A stretch of DNA of 56,862 nucleotides, filler included, from Candidatus Coatesbacteria bacterium (GCA_016927185.1; 3 parts of 3 records of this genome joined end to end with filler, not necessarily neighbours in it), one strand, 5' to 3'. Numbered from the whole stretch's first letter, positions 9,585 to 19,736 are shown. Translations and numbers: made by a program. Notes: generated by a model not told the origin, from the letters alone.

Positions 9585-11399
9585 ATGAAGTTATTTTATT
9601 GTCTTATTAGTGTCTTGATTATCTCTTCCCTGCTTTCTGCAAGAAGCTACTCTGATTTTGTTGGATATTCGCTTGGTACGCATGGACATACGTCAAGAAG
9701 CAAGGAAGATAATGCATGGAAGGATAAAAGGGGAGGCAATATATTCAATCAGAAGGATCAGAATGTAGAATGGGCAAAAAGCATGGGAATGAACTGGCAG
9801 AGAGTATTGATAAGGACTTCATATTATTTTGACGAAAACGGGAATCCTGCTGAAGGAGAATGGAAAATTCTTTTTGACTGGCTTAATAAATACAAAACAA
9901 GGAATCTCCTCTGGATAATTGAAAAGAACAAGAATTTCATGGACAGGGTATTCTCTAAACCTGGCTTCCCTGGCAACTGGGAAAAAGGTGTATACAATCT
10001 TCTCTGCAAGTTTGCTGCTGATTCTTCTACAAATCAATATGGTATTGAATTCATAGAACTTGAAAATGAACTTAATGGCATGGGTTCTTTTTACAGGAAC
10101 AGGAAACTGGAAGGAGATGAGCATTATCTCAAGAAGTATTCACAGTTACTGATTGCCTTTCATAATGCCATAAAAAGATATAACAGCGATTTCCCACAAA
10201 AAAAGAGAATAGGCATATCTCCTTTTGCAACGATGTGGTGCGAGGCAGATTATCTGAGAAATTTTCTCAGGCAGACTGTAAAATGGGGAGATAATTATGC
10301 ATTGATAACAAATCAGGAAAGAAGATTTGATTTTCTGTCAGTGCATTTATACAGGGAATCATGTTTTCATGATGCAGATTTCAGTACAAAATGGATTCAT
10401 TCGAATACAAGATCTTATGCTCCTGATGAATATCACGTATGCAGGAGTCCAGGGAATTTCTATTACAGATTGCATCATGGAACAATCATAGATGATGTGA
10501 AGGAAATGCTGCTTGCAGTAAAACAGGTAGAGGATGATCAGGGCTGCAAACTTGAACCATTGAAAGTAATGATAACTGAGATTGGCTGGATTTCTCCATG
10601 GTACAAGGATAAGGAGGAATTTATCAATTCCCCAAAGAATTTCGAAGTACAGCCGGGTTCCTCCAGATTGTTCATACCTAATTATTTACAGGCAATGTAT
10701 CTTGCAAAATCAATTGAAATGCTTTATTATGAAAGACATCCTTATGACAGCAGTCAGTTCATGGTAGACAGGATATTCTTGTTTCCATTCATGGATTCCC
10801 ATGGTACTATCTGGAAATCCCAGGGAGTTGCAAGCAACACTCCATGGATAGGGACGCAATCGTTTTTCGCAATAAACAGGAGTCCATGGCACAGAGAGGA
10901 TGATCCAAGACATGATAAGAATTTTGCTCCTGCCCCTTTCAAGGGACCTGTTCATAAAAACGCTTTCTATACTATTGCAAATTCAGGGGAAATTACATTT
11001 GACTGTTCAAAAGGAAGCTTTCATAAGGAAGGACTTTCTACAGGTTTGTATCTTGGTCAAAGCAATGCGGATCAGAGATTTACAGCCATCCTGAAAACAT
11101 CAGGGAAGCCATACAGGATTTTCATGACTATCGAATGTCACAGGGTAGTGCATTTCCAGGAAGGAAAGACTGATGATTTCATAGATATGGAGGAACCTGA
11201 GATAAGGAATGACAGACCAGTTATATCTGTGGAGCTTTTCAATGAGAAAAAGGAAATTGTACTTTCTGAGTTCTGCAATAAGAGAAAAGGACTGACTTTT
11301 GAAATAAAAGGTGATTCTGAAATAGTAATGAAATCAGAACTTGGTAATCTGAGGGGTATTGGATTTGATATAAGTATTTCAGCAATAGAGGAAAAATGA
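9585..11399 (+). CDS. Secreted putative clan GH-A glycoside hydrolase (family unassigned)
   Basis: Signal peptide from ATG 9585. IELENELN (acid/base-like), FDFLSVHLY, VMITEIGW (nucleophile-like). Confidence 0.6.
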   Translation: MKLFYCLISVLIISSLLSARSYSDFVGYSLGTHGHTSRSKEDNAWKDKRGGNIFNQKDQNVEWAKSMGMNWQRVLIRTSYYFDENGNPAEGEWKILFDWLNKYKTRNLLWIIEKNKNFMDRVFSKPGFPGNWEKGVYNLLCKFAADSSTNQYGIEFIELENELNGMGSFYRNRKLEGDEHYLKKYSQLLIAFHNAIKRYNSDFPQKKRIGISPFATMWCEADYLRNFLRQTVKWGDNYALITNQERRFDFLSVHLYRESCFHDADFSTKWIHSNTRSYAPDEYHVCRSPGNFYYRLHHGTIIDDVKEMLLAVKQVEDDQGCKLEPLKVMITEIGWISPWYKDKEEFINSPKNFEVQPGSSRLFIPNYLQAMYLAKSIEMLYYERHPYDSSQFMVDRIFLFPFMDSHGTIWKSQGVASNTPWIGTQSFFAINRSPWHREDDPRHDKNFAPAPFKGPVHKNAFYTIANSGEITFDCSKGSFHKEGLSTGLYLGQSNADQRFTAILKTSGKPYRIFMTIECHRVVHFQEGKTDDFIDMEEPEIRNDRPVISVELFNEKKEIVLSEFCNKRKGLTFEIKGDSEIVMKSELGNLRGIGFDISISAIEEK

Positions 11400-11860
11400 A
11401 GAGATTTCTGATATTTTTCCTGCTTCTGTTATCCTGCAACAAGGAAATCCTGCCAAAGGAAGAAAAGACAATGCTTCATTCTGTAAAGGAATTCAAATTC
11501 AGGGAAGTGGAATCCTGTATGTCAGATATATCAGATATTGAAATGTTGAAAAGTGCAAGTATTGAATTCAAGAGAGACAGGCAGATGCTAACTGTGCTTG
11601 TGAAAGATGAAAAGGATGGAAAAATGCTTATCTGGGGGCAGATAATATTGAAAGCAGACAGTCCAGAGTACTGGAAAAAGAATTATGCAGATGGCAACTA
11701 TTTCAATGATTTCCCAGCATCCATTGAGAAGAACAGGATATGGATACTAGCTGGAAATTATGAGCTCAGATTTCACAGCATGCTTTCAGATAGCCTGTCA
11801 GTAAACTGTCTTAATGATTTATTGAGAAAAATTGATTTGAAAAAAATATCGAGATTATAA
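11396..11860 (+). CDS. Hypothetical lipoprotein
   Basis: Lipobox LLSC. ATGA overlap with upstream gene. Resembles 56073-56642. Confidence 0.65.
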   Translation: MKRFLIFFLLLLSCNKEILPKEEKTMLHSVKEFKFREVESCMSDISDIEMLKSASIEFKRDRQMLTVLVKDEKDGKMLIWGQIILKADSPEYWKKNYADGNYFNDFPASIEKNRIWILAGNYELRFHSMLSDSLSVNCLNDLLRKIDLKKISRL

Positions 11861-11918
11861 AAAGTTCTTTTCAAAAACGCTTCATGTTGAGTCTTTAGTC
11901 CATATAATATTTGAAAGG

Positions 11919-12470
11919 TTGCGGATGCCAACAATTGATCTGAAGCAGTATTTCTTTCATAATCTAGTACTCGAATGGTTCTATCTTATTATGATACATT
12001 CATTTATCTTATTCCTGATCTCGCTTCACAGGGGCAAGTCAGGGAAATTCATAATTTCAATGCTGCTTGCAAGTGAGTTCTGTCTTGTTCTGTCTAACAG
12101 TTTCAGCATCTTTTTCAATTTCATGAAATATATTCCCATACCATTTCTCGTATTATCAGCAGTTTACTTTTTCAAATTCATTAGTCATAAAACAGATGAA
12201 AGAAAGGAAGCGCTGGATCCAGCTTATCTGATATTGATAATGCTTTTTCCGATTTCCTATTTATTACCTGTCTGGTCAAAGACAATAGGTCATACAACAC
12301 TGTATTTGAGGATAATATTCATAATACCATTCCTTGCTTTTCTGTTGACAATGATGAATGTACTGTTCATTTATTCTGGCAGGTTTATTGGCAGATTAGC
12401 TTATCCATGGGGCAGCATTTTCACAAGTTCTGTTTTCATTGTCATTACCATACTTATATTGTTCAGATAA
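11919..12470 (+). CDS. Hypothetical multi-pass membrane protein
   Basis: About six hydrophobic segments. Start uncertain (11919 or 11925). Confidence 0.55.
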   Translation: MRMPTIDLKQYFFHNLVLEWFYLIMIHSFILFLISLHRGKSGKFIISMLLASEFCLVLSNSFSIFFNFMKYIPIPFLVLSAVYFFKFISHKTDERKEALDPAYLILIMLFPISYLLPVWSKTIGHTTLYLRIIFIIPFLAFLLTMMNVLFIYSGRFIGRLAYPWGSIFTSSVFIVITILILFR

Positions 12471-12591
12471 TCATTCCTGACCATGGTTTAGAGCCATGCA
12501 GGAAGAGACAGATACTGAAATTAGCTCAGTATGAAAATTCTGATAACACTTCCCTATAACTCATTCTATAAGTCTTTGGCGCTATATTAAT
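12471..12591. repeat. Dispersed REP-like repeat, copy B (degenerate)
   Basis: 12510-12591 aligns in direct orientation with 14487-14567 (AGAT.CTGAAAT....TCAG.ATGA...TCATTC.AT.AGTCTTTGG.GCTA.ATTAAT). Confidence 0.7.
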
Positions 12592-12685
12592 AAAACCTCT
12601 GAAACTTCTTGACATTAAATATTACCATATTAAGACTGCAAATAATAAAGAACGGAAAACCATAATTATAGCCTGGGGGGTAATT

Positions 12686-14389
12686 ATGAGAAAACTAATA
12701 CTAGTCATACTTCTGATATCATTATCAAGTCTGCTTAATTCAGCTCCAGGAGATTTGATATGGAAATATAAGACAGGTTATTGGGTTTGCTCGTCCCCTT
12801 GTGTATCGGATGGAGTTGTTTATGTTGGAAGTGATGATTATTATCTTTATGCAGTAAACAAATCAACCGGAACTCTTAAATGGAGATATAAGACGGGTAG
12901 TTATGTTGATACTTCACCTTGTGTCTCAGAAGGAGTTGTTTATGTTGGAAGTTTTGATGGTTATCTTTATGCACTAAATATCTCAGATGGTAACTTAAAG
13001 TGGAGATATTTTTTTATAGTTAAACATTATGAAACGGTTGGACAAATGTCAGACCCTTCTATATCAGATGGAACTATTTATGTTGGACACTGGAATAATG
13101 CTCTCTATGCTATAAACAGTTCTAATGGTAATATTAGATGGAGATTTGCTATTATAGATACATCTAATATAGCTCAAAGAATGAACCGCCCTTGTGTTTC
13201 AGATGGAATTGTTTATGTTGGAAGTTGGGATAATTATCTTTATGCAATAAACTGCTCAGACGGGACTCTTAAGTGGAAGTTTAAGACAGGTAATGATGTT
13301 GGCGGACCTTGTATTTCAGATGGAGTTGTCTATATTGGAAGTGGTGATCATTATCTTTATGCAATAAACTGCTCAGATGGAACTCTTAAGTGGAGATATG
13401 GGACAGGTAGTTATGTTTATTCCTCACCTTGTGTTTCAGATGGAGTTGTTTATATTGGAAGTATGGATAATTATCTTTATGCAATAAATTGTTCAGATGG
13501 AATACTTAAATGGAAATATGAGACAGATTATGATATTGTATCCTCTCCTTGTGTCTCAGATAGAGTTGTTTATATTGGAGATGGTATTGGTGGAGAAGGA
13601 TATCTTTATGCAATAAACTGCTCTGATAGTGCCTTGAAATGGAAGTCAAGTACTGGATTTATCTACCATTCTACACCTTTTATTTCAGAAAATCTTGTTT
13701 TTATTTGTACAGGAAATGACTTGTTTCTTTACGCATTTGAAATTAATCAAGGAACACTGGAATGGAAATATAAAGCAGATGATACTATCTGGTCATCTCC
13801 TTTTGAATCCGATGGAGTTGTTTATTTTGGTTCCAGGGATTCCTATCTTTATGCAATAGAAGTTTTTGAAAGATTATCAGTAATTTCTCCAAATGGAGGA
13901 GAAGAATGGTGTATAGGTTCAACTTATGATATAATATGGGGATCAATGAATGTTGATTCTGTTTCAGTAAAATTCACCTCAGATGGTGGAAGTTTATGGA
14001 CAGAGATTGCGAGGAAGTCAGCTAATGAAGGCAAATATTCATGGACTATTCCAGATACCCCTTCAGAAGATTGTCTTGTAAGAATAGATGACATAAAAGG
14101 TAATGCAACTGATACAAGTGACAGTACATTCACTATAAAGAGAGTTGGTTTCAAAGACAACAAATCAGTTTCTTACATTCCAGCCAAATCCTTCTCAATC
14201 TCCCCAAATCCATTCACTGACAGACTTACGATTTCACTTCCTTCATCCGGAGCAGTCTATTCCCTGACCGGTCAACTGATAATGAAACTAGACAAAGGCA
14301 AGCATTCTCTTGATACAAGCAACTGGAAACAGGGAGTTTATATAGTGAAGAGCGGGAAGGAATGCAAGAGGGTTGTGAAGGTGAAATAA
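12686..14389 (+). CDS. Secreted PQQ-like (BamB-type) beta-propeller repeat protein with Ig-like domain and T9SS type A-like CTD
   Basis: Signal peptide. About nine 40-aa repeats SSPCVSDGVVYVGS.D.YLYAIN.SDG.LKW. SPNGGEEW..G..YDI.W module. SPNPF...GVYIVK CTD. Confidence 0.88.
   Translation: MRKLILVILLISLSSLLNSAPGDLIWKYKTGYWVCSSPCVSDGVVYVGSDDYYLYAVNKSTGTLKWRYKTGSYVDTSPCVSEGVVYVGSFDGYLYALNISDGNLKWRYFFIVKHYETVGQMSDPSISDGTIYVGHWNNALYAINSSNGNIRWRFAIIDTSNIAQRMNRPCVSDGIVYVGSWDNYLYAINCSDGTLKWKFKTGNDVGGPCISDGVVYIGSGDHYLYAINCSDGTLKWRYGTGSYVYSSPCVSDGVVYIGSMDNYLYAINCSDGILKWKYETDYDIVSSPCVSDRVVYIGDGIGGEGYLYAINCSDSALKWKSSTGFIYHSTPFISENLVFICTGNDLFLYAFEINQGTLEWKYKADDTIWSSPFESDGVVYFGSRDSYLYAIEVFERLSVISPNGGEEWCIGSTYDIIWGSMNVDSVSVKFTSDGGSLWTEIARKSANEGKYSWTIPDTPSEDCLVRIDDIKGNATDTSDSTFTIKRVGFKDNKSVSYIPAKSFSISPNPFTDRLTISLPSSGAVYSLTGQLIMKLDKGKHSLDTSNWKQGVYIVKSGKECKRVVKVK
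12760..13860 (+). repeat. Intragenic tandem repeat, about 120-nt units encoding propeller blades
   Basis: Recurrent CCTTGTGTTTCAGATGGAGTTGTTTATATTGGAAGT...TATCTTTATGCAATAAACTGCTCAGATGG at about 120-nt spacing. Confidence 0.85.
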
Positions 14390-14390
14390 A

Positions 14391-14567
14391 ATATTGTATC
14401 AGACACATTAATCAAATTCAGGATTACAAACACCCAATTCCTGTCATGCTGAACTTGTTTAAGCATCTCAATAGAAGTAAGGAAATAGATCCTGAAATGA
14501 ATTCAGGATGACAATTTGATTTAACTTCCTCATAAATCATTCCATTAGTCTTTGGGGCTAGATTAAT
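14391..14567. repeat. Dispersed REP-like repeat, copy C (most complete, inverted pair)
   Basis: GTCATGCTGAACTTGTTTAAGCATCT (14443-14468) and AGATCCTGAAATGAATTCAGGATGAC (14487-14512) are each self-palindromic and are inverted copies of each other. Confidence 0.8.
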
Positions 14568-14642
14568 CAAATGCTTTTTTTCACTTGACAAGAATATGTA
14601 TTATTAGTTAGCTCAAACCACATTATAAGGAGTATCAGAGTA

Positions 14643-17618
14643 ATGCGTTTAATATTCTTGATTTTTTTGGCAGCGTCTTTTCTTTCTGCAAATATACATC
14701 CTCCCTTGAGAAAGTTGAGAAGCATGAATCCAAGCCCATTAATGAAGGATTCGTATAAGATGATTGCTCTCAGGGTGCAATTCGAGAAAGACAGTGATGA
14801 CAAGACCGAGGGCGATGGAACTTTCAATATGAGTAAATCAGAACCTGAGAATGTCCCTCATGACAAGGCTTATTTCGAAAGATACCTTTTTCATACAGCA
14901 ACATTCATAAAATCAGCTTCATATGGAAAGCATGTGCTGGATTATGAAGTATCAGAAAAAATATATACCCTCAAGCATCAGATGAGCTATTATGGTGACA
15001 ATACGGATCAGGCAAAAGGTCTTGCTTATCTTGTCAGGGATGCAATAAGTGAGGTTGATTCGGATATTGATTTCTCTGAATACGATGGAGTAATTATTTT
15101 CCATGCAGGAATTGGTGAGGAAACTGATGGCAACTTCTCTGTTCCCAGAGATTCACCTTCTGATATAGCAAGCAGCATTGTCGATATAGAACTGCTTCGG
15201 GAATATCTTGGAAACAGAAGTTCTTCATATAAAGGCATAAAGGTTGATGGCATATATATAAACAGAGCTATAGTAGCACCTGAAAACGAGACTCAGGATT
15301 ATGACAAGTCAAGGGACTATGATGCACCTTTCGGAATGGTTGGCATTCTCAGTTATCTGTATCTGAGGTTTATTGGTGTTCCTGATTTAATAACTTATGA
15401 AACAACAGAAGGGGGATCTCCCACCTGGGCTGGAACTGGATTATGGGATATAATGGGTCTTGGATTGTGGTGCGGTTCGAAGGACAAGAAAACCTTTTCA
15501 CCATATCAGGGTTATGGTTTTGTTCCTGCATCTCCATGTGCATGGGTCAGGAAATATATGGGATGGGCTGAAATAGACACTCTCAATGCAAAGACATTTG
15601 TCTCCCTTTTCAGATCAAGCATACCAGGAAATGTTGGACAGGCAGGAAAACTGGTGCTTATTCCCATAAAGAACAGGGAGTATTTCCTTATAGAGAACAG
15701 GATTCAGGATATAAATAATAATGGGAGATTTGACTGGGATGACACTAATAATGACGGCAGTTTTGATTTCATGACAGATTCTTTCGAAAATGCTGAATGG
15801 GATTTCTTCACACCAGGATATGGAAGGGGAAGTGGCTTGATTGTCTGGCATATAAATGAGGATGGCATCGAAGAGGCTATAAGAGAAGGTAGTGTCAACA
15901 AGGACAGGAATTTCCCTAATGTTTATCTTGTTCCTGCTGACGGAAATGAGACTTCATTCTATCTTGACAATCCCAATGACTTCACAGACTTGTTCAACAA
16001 GACAAACAATCCTTCACTTCCTGCAACTGGATGGCCTTCTTCAATAGCTTTTGATGGAGGCTATACACATATATGGTTGAGGAGTATTTCAGAAGCAAAA
16101 GATACAATGACTTTCTCTTTTCTTTATGACTGGACTAAGAGAGGATGGCCTTTGAATGAAGCAAGCAAGTCATATCTTCCTGGTGTAGTTTTGAAGTCAG
16201 GAAACGAGAATATTGTATTCCAGGGTGATACTGAACATAATATTCATGCTTATGACAAGTATGCACAGCCATATATTTCATCACCATGGAGGAAGGATAT
16301 AGGCATACAGCAATCTCCATTATTCATAATGAATTACAGGGGGGGCAGTGCAGTAGCATGCATTACGAAAAGAGATGCTGATTTGCTTGCTGAATGGGCT
16401 TATCCAGAAAGACCTGAAAGAGTATATTCATTCAAATACGGTGATGTAGAATATGGAGGTATTGTATCCCTGACTGATCAGATAATACTAAGTGGAACAG
16501 AGAAAAACGGAGCTTTGCTTGTATCTTATTCACAGGACAATGAAAAAGAGGTTTTCAGGAAATTTCATGCAGGTTTTTCAGGTGGTGCAATTTGCAAGTC
16601 ATACTTCAATAACAAATGGGGTATTTTCTGGTGCACATATGCAAATAATGAAGTTGTTATCAGGTTTGTTTCAAGTGATGCGCAAGAGCAAGTGATTGGC
16701 AGATATAAAGATACAAGATTGCCAGTCTCGGTTTATTCTGCAAAATCATCAGAAAACGACATGTGCATAATTTCTGCATCAAGCAAGATAATAATAATTG
16801 ATTCAAACCAGCAATTATATGAAACACAAGAGTTTAAGGATTTCAGGGGAGTTGCTATTCCTGCTGACATAAACAGGGACGGAAGAATAGAGATCATAAG
16901 AAGCGGGTATGGCAGGATTTATGTATTTAATTACAATGGAACGATTTATGAAGAATATCCATTTGATTCATCAAAGTATCCGAACAAGACTGGCTATTCC
17001 TTAAGTCCCATGGTTTACTGCGCACAGGAAATCGACAAACCGTATATGTTCTTTCCTTTTATGGGATTAAACTGTTTTTCTATTGACAGCAGCAGAAAAT
17101 CTTTGTTCGGTTTTCCAGTGGAGCTTCCTGAGGGTTGTGATTATCCGTATATCGTTGATATAGATGAAGATAATTATATGGATATGTTCTGTCCTGGTGA
17201 AAAAACATGGACTTTCTATTCATTCCCTTACAAGGCAGATGCTGAAAGAATATTCTGGCAAGGCTTCTCCCATGATTTCATGCTGACTGGAAGATATACA
17301 AAAGAATACGAGGAACAGAATGCAGGTAACAATGGTATAATGGATTATAAGAAAACATATTTATATCCAAATCCTGCAAGGGATTACACAATAATCAGGG
17401 TGCAGGTATCCAGAAATTCTGATATTGACCTGCAGATGTTCAATGTTGCTGGAAAAAAAGTTGGAAATGGCAGTATAAAAGGAGTTCAGGGCTTACCTGC
17501 AGAGTTTGTATGGAAAGTTGACAAAATTCCCACAGGCATATATATTATCAGAGTTAAGGTTGTCTCTCAAGGTATTGAAGAAACAAAACTTATGAAACTG
17601 GCAATACAGAGGCGGTAA
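14643..17618 (+). CDS. Secreted M6 (immune inhibitor A-like) peptidase homolog with FG-GAP-like region and T9SS-like CTD; zinc motif degenerate
   Basis: IIFHAGIGEE, GVPDL, WDIMGLGLW (Met-turn), PCAWVRKYMGW, EYFLIENR, GLIVWHINE, DINRDGRIEII, YPNPARD...GIYIIRV. Confidence 0.8.
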   Translation: MRLIFLIFLAASFLSANIHPPLRKLRSMNPSPLMKDSYKMIALRVQFEKDSDDKTEGDGTFNMSKSEPENVPHDKAYFERYLFHTATFIKSASYGKHVLDYEVSEKIYTLKHQMSYYGDNTDQAKGLAYLVRDAISEVDSDIDFSEYDGVIIFHAGIGEETDGNFSVPRDSPSDIASSIVDIELLREYLGNRSSSYKGIKVDGIYINRAIVAPENETQDYDKSRDYDAPFGMVGILSYLYLRFIGVPDLITYETTEGGSPTWAGTGLWDIMGLGLWCGSKDKKTFSPYQGYGFVPASPCAWVRKYMGWAEIDTLNAKTFVSLFRSSIPGNVGQAGKLVLIPIKNREYFLIENRIQDINNNGRFDWDDTNNDGSFDFMTDSFENAEWDFFTPGYGRGSGLIVWHINEDGIEEAIREGSVNKDRNFPNVYLVPADGNETSFYLDNPNDFTDLFNKTNNPSLPATGWPSSIAFDGGYTHIWLRSISEAKDTMTFSFLYDWTKRGWPLNEASKSYLPGVVLKSGNENIVFQGDTEHNIHAYDKYAQPYISSPWRKDIGIQQSPLFIMNYRGGSAVACITKRDADLLAEWAYPERPERVYSFKYGDVEYGGIVSLTDQIILSGTEKNGALLVSYSQDNEKEVFRKFHAGFSGGAICKSYFNNKWGIFWCTYANNEVVIRFVSSDAQEQVIGRYKDTRLPVSVYSAKSSENDMCIISASSKIIIIDSNQQLYETQEFKDFRGVAIPADINRDGRIEIIRSGYGRIYVFNYNGTIYEEYPFDSSKYPNKTGYSLSPMVYCAQEIDKPYMFFPFMGLNCFSIDSSRKSLFGFPVELPEGCDYPYIVDIDEDNYMDMFCPGEKTWTFYSFPYKADAERIFWQGFSHDFMLTGRYTKEYEEQNAGNNGIMDYKKTYLYPNPARDYTIIRVQVSRNSDIDLQMFNVAGKKVGNGSIKGVQGLPAEFVWKVDKIPTGIYIIRVKVVSQGIEETKLMKLAIQRR

Positions 17619-17624
17619 TCTGAA

Positions 17625-19328
17625 ATGGAAAACAAACCATTAATTGTTCAATCTGATATGACAATGCTGCTTGAAACAAAGCATCCTGACTATGAGGACG
17701 CAAGACAGGACCTTGCTTTCTTTGCAGAATTACTGAAATCACCAGAGTATTTTCATACATACAGGATTACCCCGATATCATTGTGGAATGCTGCATCAAG
17801 CGGATTGACTGCAGAGAACATATTAATGGCATTGAAAAGGTATTCCAGATATGAACTTCCCCAGGCTGTAGAATATGAAATAAAAAGGCAGATAAGCAGA
17901 TACGGGAAAATAAAACTTGTAAAGAAAGGGAAAAATCTCCTGCTTACTTCTGATGAAAAGGAATTCCTTGATGAAATCTGGAATCAGCCCAGGATAAGAA
18001 AATTGCTTGCTCCTGAAAAATCTGAAAAAGGGCTTATTGTTCTTCCTGAAAACAGGGGTGAAATAAAACAGGCTCTCATCAAGATTGGTTTCCCTATCAA
18101 GGATCTGGCAGGATATGACGAGGGAACTTCATATCCAATGGCTACTGTTCCACTTACAAAGCAGGGATACAGATTCAAGATAAGATTTTATCAGGCAAAA
18201 GCAGTTGACATGTTTCTGGGATATTACAATAAATATGATGGAGGAAGCGGGGTAATTGTATTGCCATGTGGAGCTGGCAAGACCATTGTGGGAATTGCTG
18301 CAATGACAAAACTAAAAACTTACACTTTGATATTATCTACAAATATAGTTGCTTTAAGACAGTGGAAGGATGAAATACTGGACAAAACCAATATTATAGA
18401 AACCGACATCGGTGAATATTCTGGAGAAAAGAAGGAGATTAAGCCTATTACCCTTGTTACATATCAGATATTGACTTACAGGGGAAATGACCAGAAAATT
18501 TATCCGCATTTCAAGCTGTTCAATAAGGAAAACTGGGGCTTGATAATTTATGATGAAGTACATCTGCTTCCTGCACCAGTTTTCAGGATCACTGCAAGCA
18601 TCCAGGCAAAAAGACGTCTGGGATTGACTGCAACGCTGGTCAGGGAAGATGGTCATGAAGATGATGTTTTCAGTCTTATAGGTCCTAAGAGATTTGACAT
18701 GTCATGGAAGGAACTTGAAAAGAAAGGTTACATTGCTGAAGCAACATGTGTTGAAGTCAGGATTCCTTTGCCACAGGAGCTGAGGATTGAATACAGCGTT
18801 ACTGAAAGCAGGCATGACAGATTCAGGATGGCAGCTGAGAATGTTGATAAGATAACAGTATTAGAGGAGTTGCTTGATTTTCATGCTCATGACCAGGTTC
18901 TCATAATCGGGCAGTTCCTTGGTCAGCTTAATGAGATAGCAGAAAGATTCTCACTTGAAATACTTACAGGGAAAACACCGACTTCAGAAAGAGAGGAATT
19001 ATACAGACAGTTCAGGGAGGGAGAGATCAATCATTTGGTTGTGTCAAAGGTCGCCAATTTCGCGGTAGATCTTCCTGATGCAAATGTTGCAATACAGATT
19101 TCCGGGACATTCGGTTCAAGGCAGGAAGAAGCACAGAGACTTGGAAGAATACTGAGACCCAAACGTAATGGAGGGAAAGCGATATTTTATACACTTGTAA
19201 GCAGTGATACTTCTGAAGAGACTTTCTCTGCAAAAAGACAGACCTTCCTTACTGAGCAGGGATATCAGTATATAATAAGAGAGGCAGGAGATTTGAGGCT
19301 GGAGGAACTGGAGGATTTAACCTGTTGA
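17625..19328 (+). CDS. Bacterial XPB/Ssl2-like DNA repair helicase
   Basis: PLIVQSDMTMLLE, LPCGAGKT (Walker A), DEVH, GLTATLVREDG, QISGTFGSRQEEAQRLGRILRPK. Confidence 0.93.
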   Translation: MENKPLIVQSDMTMLLETKHPDYEDARQDLAFFAELLKSPEYFHTYRITPISLWNAASSGLTAENILMALKRYSRYELPQAVEYEIKRQISRYGKIKLVKKGKNLLLTSDEKEFLDEIWNQPRIRKLLAPEKSEKGLIVLPENRGEIKQALIKIGFPIKDLAGYDEGTSYPMATVPLTKQGYRFKIRFYQAKAVDMFLGYYNKYDGGSGVIVLPCGAGKTIVGIAAMTKLKTYTLILSTNIVALRQWKDEILDKTNIIETDIGEYSGEKKEIKPITLVTYQILTYRGNDQKIYPHFKLFNKENWGLIIYDEVHLLPAPVFRITASIQAKRRLGLTATLVREDGHEDDVFSLIGPKRFDMSWKELEKKGYIAEATCVEVRIPLPQELRIEYSVTESRHDRFRMAAENVDKITVLEELLDFHAHDQVLIIGQFLGQLNEIAERFSLEILTGKTPTSEREELYRQFREGEINHLVVSKVANFAVDLPDANVAIQISGTFGSRQEEAQRLGRILRPKRNGGKAIFYTLVSSDTSEETFSAKRQTFLTEQGYQYIIREAGDLRLEELEDLTC

Positions 19329-19332
19329 TATA

Positions 19333-19569
19333 ATGATAGTTATATATATACTTTTATCTGTAATTTTTGGGATACTGATTTTAATATCAGCTCTTTTATT
19401 GCTTCCATTAAAAGTGAAAGGTTTTCACAAATATGATGGCAAGATAAATTCTTACAATGCAAGGGCTTATCTTCTCTTTGGAATTTTGGAGGTTTATATA
19501 GAACCATCTTCAGGAAACGATATTTCCTATGAGGTATTTCTTTTTAAGATAAGGATTTACAAGGGTATC
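19333..19569 (+). CDS. Hypothetical membrane-anchored protein, 3' truncated at contig end
   Basis: ATG 4 nt after XPB stop, hydrophobic N-terminus, runs into Ns. Confidence 0.55.
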
Positions 19570-19669
19570 NNNNNNNNNNNNNNNNNNNNNNNNNNNNNNN
19601 NNNNNNNNNNNNNTTAATTAATTAANNNNNNNNNNNNNNNNNNNNNNNNNNNNNNNNNNNNNNNNNNNN
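19570..19669. other. Artificial contig linker
   Basis: N-run with central TTAATTAATTAA (stops in all six frames). Confidence 0.98.
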
Positions 19670-19736
19670 ATAGTGTGAGCAGAAAATGCACAAAAATGCC
19701 CTCAAATTCTCTTTTTAGTGTGAGCAGAAGGTGTCA
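19670..19736. mobile_element. Possible terminal fragment of an insertion sequence
   Basis: 14-mer TAGTGTGAGCAGAA occurs twice (19671, 19716) and the segment ends in ...GGTGTCA, at a contig start. Confidence 0.35.

Noticed and set aside
12760..13860. Regular ~120-nt repeats as a possible CRISPR array or DGR template/variable pair
   Set aside because: They are in-frame protein repeats. There are no unique spacers, cas genes or reverse transcriptase, and no adenine-specific mismatch pattern was evident.
19570..19669. TTAATTAATTAA palindrome within N-runs (also 48858-48957)
   Set aside because: Artificial scaffold linker, not biological.
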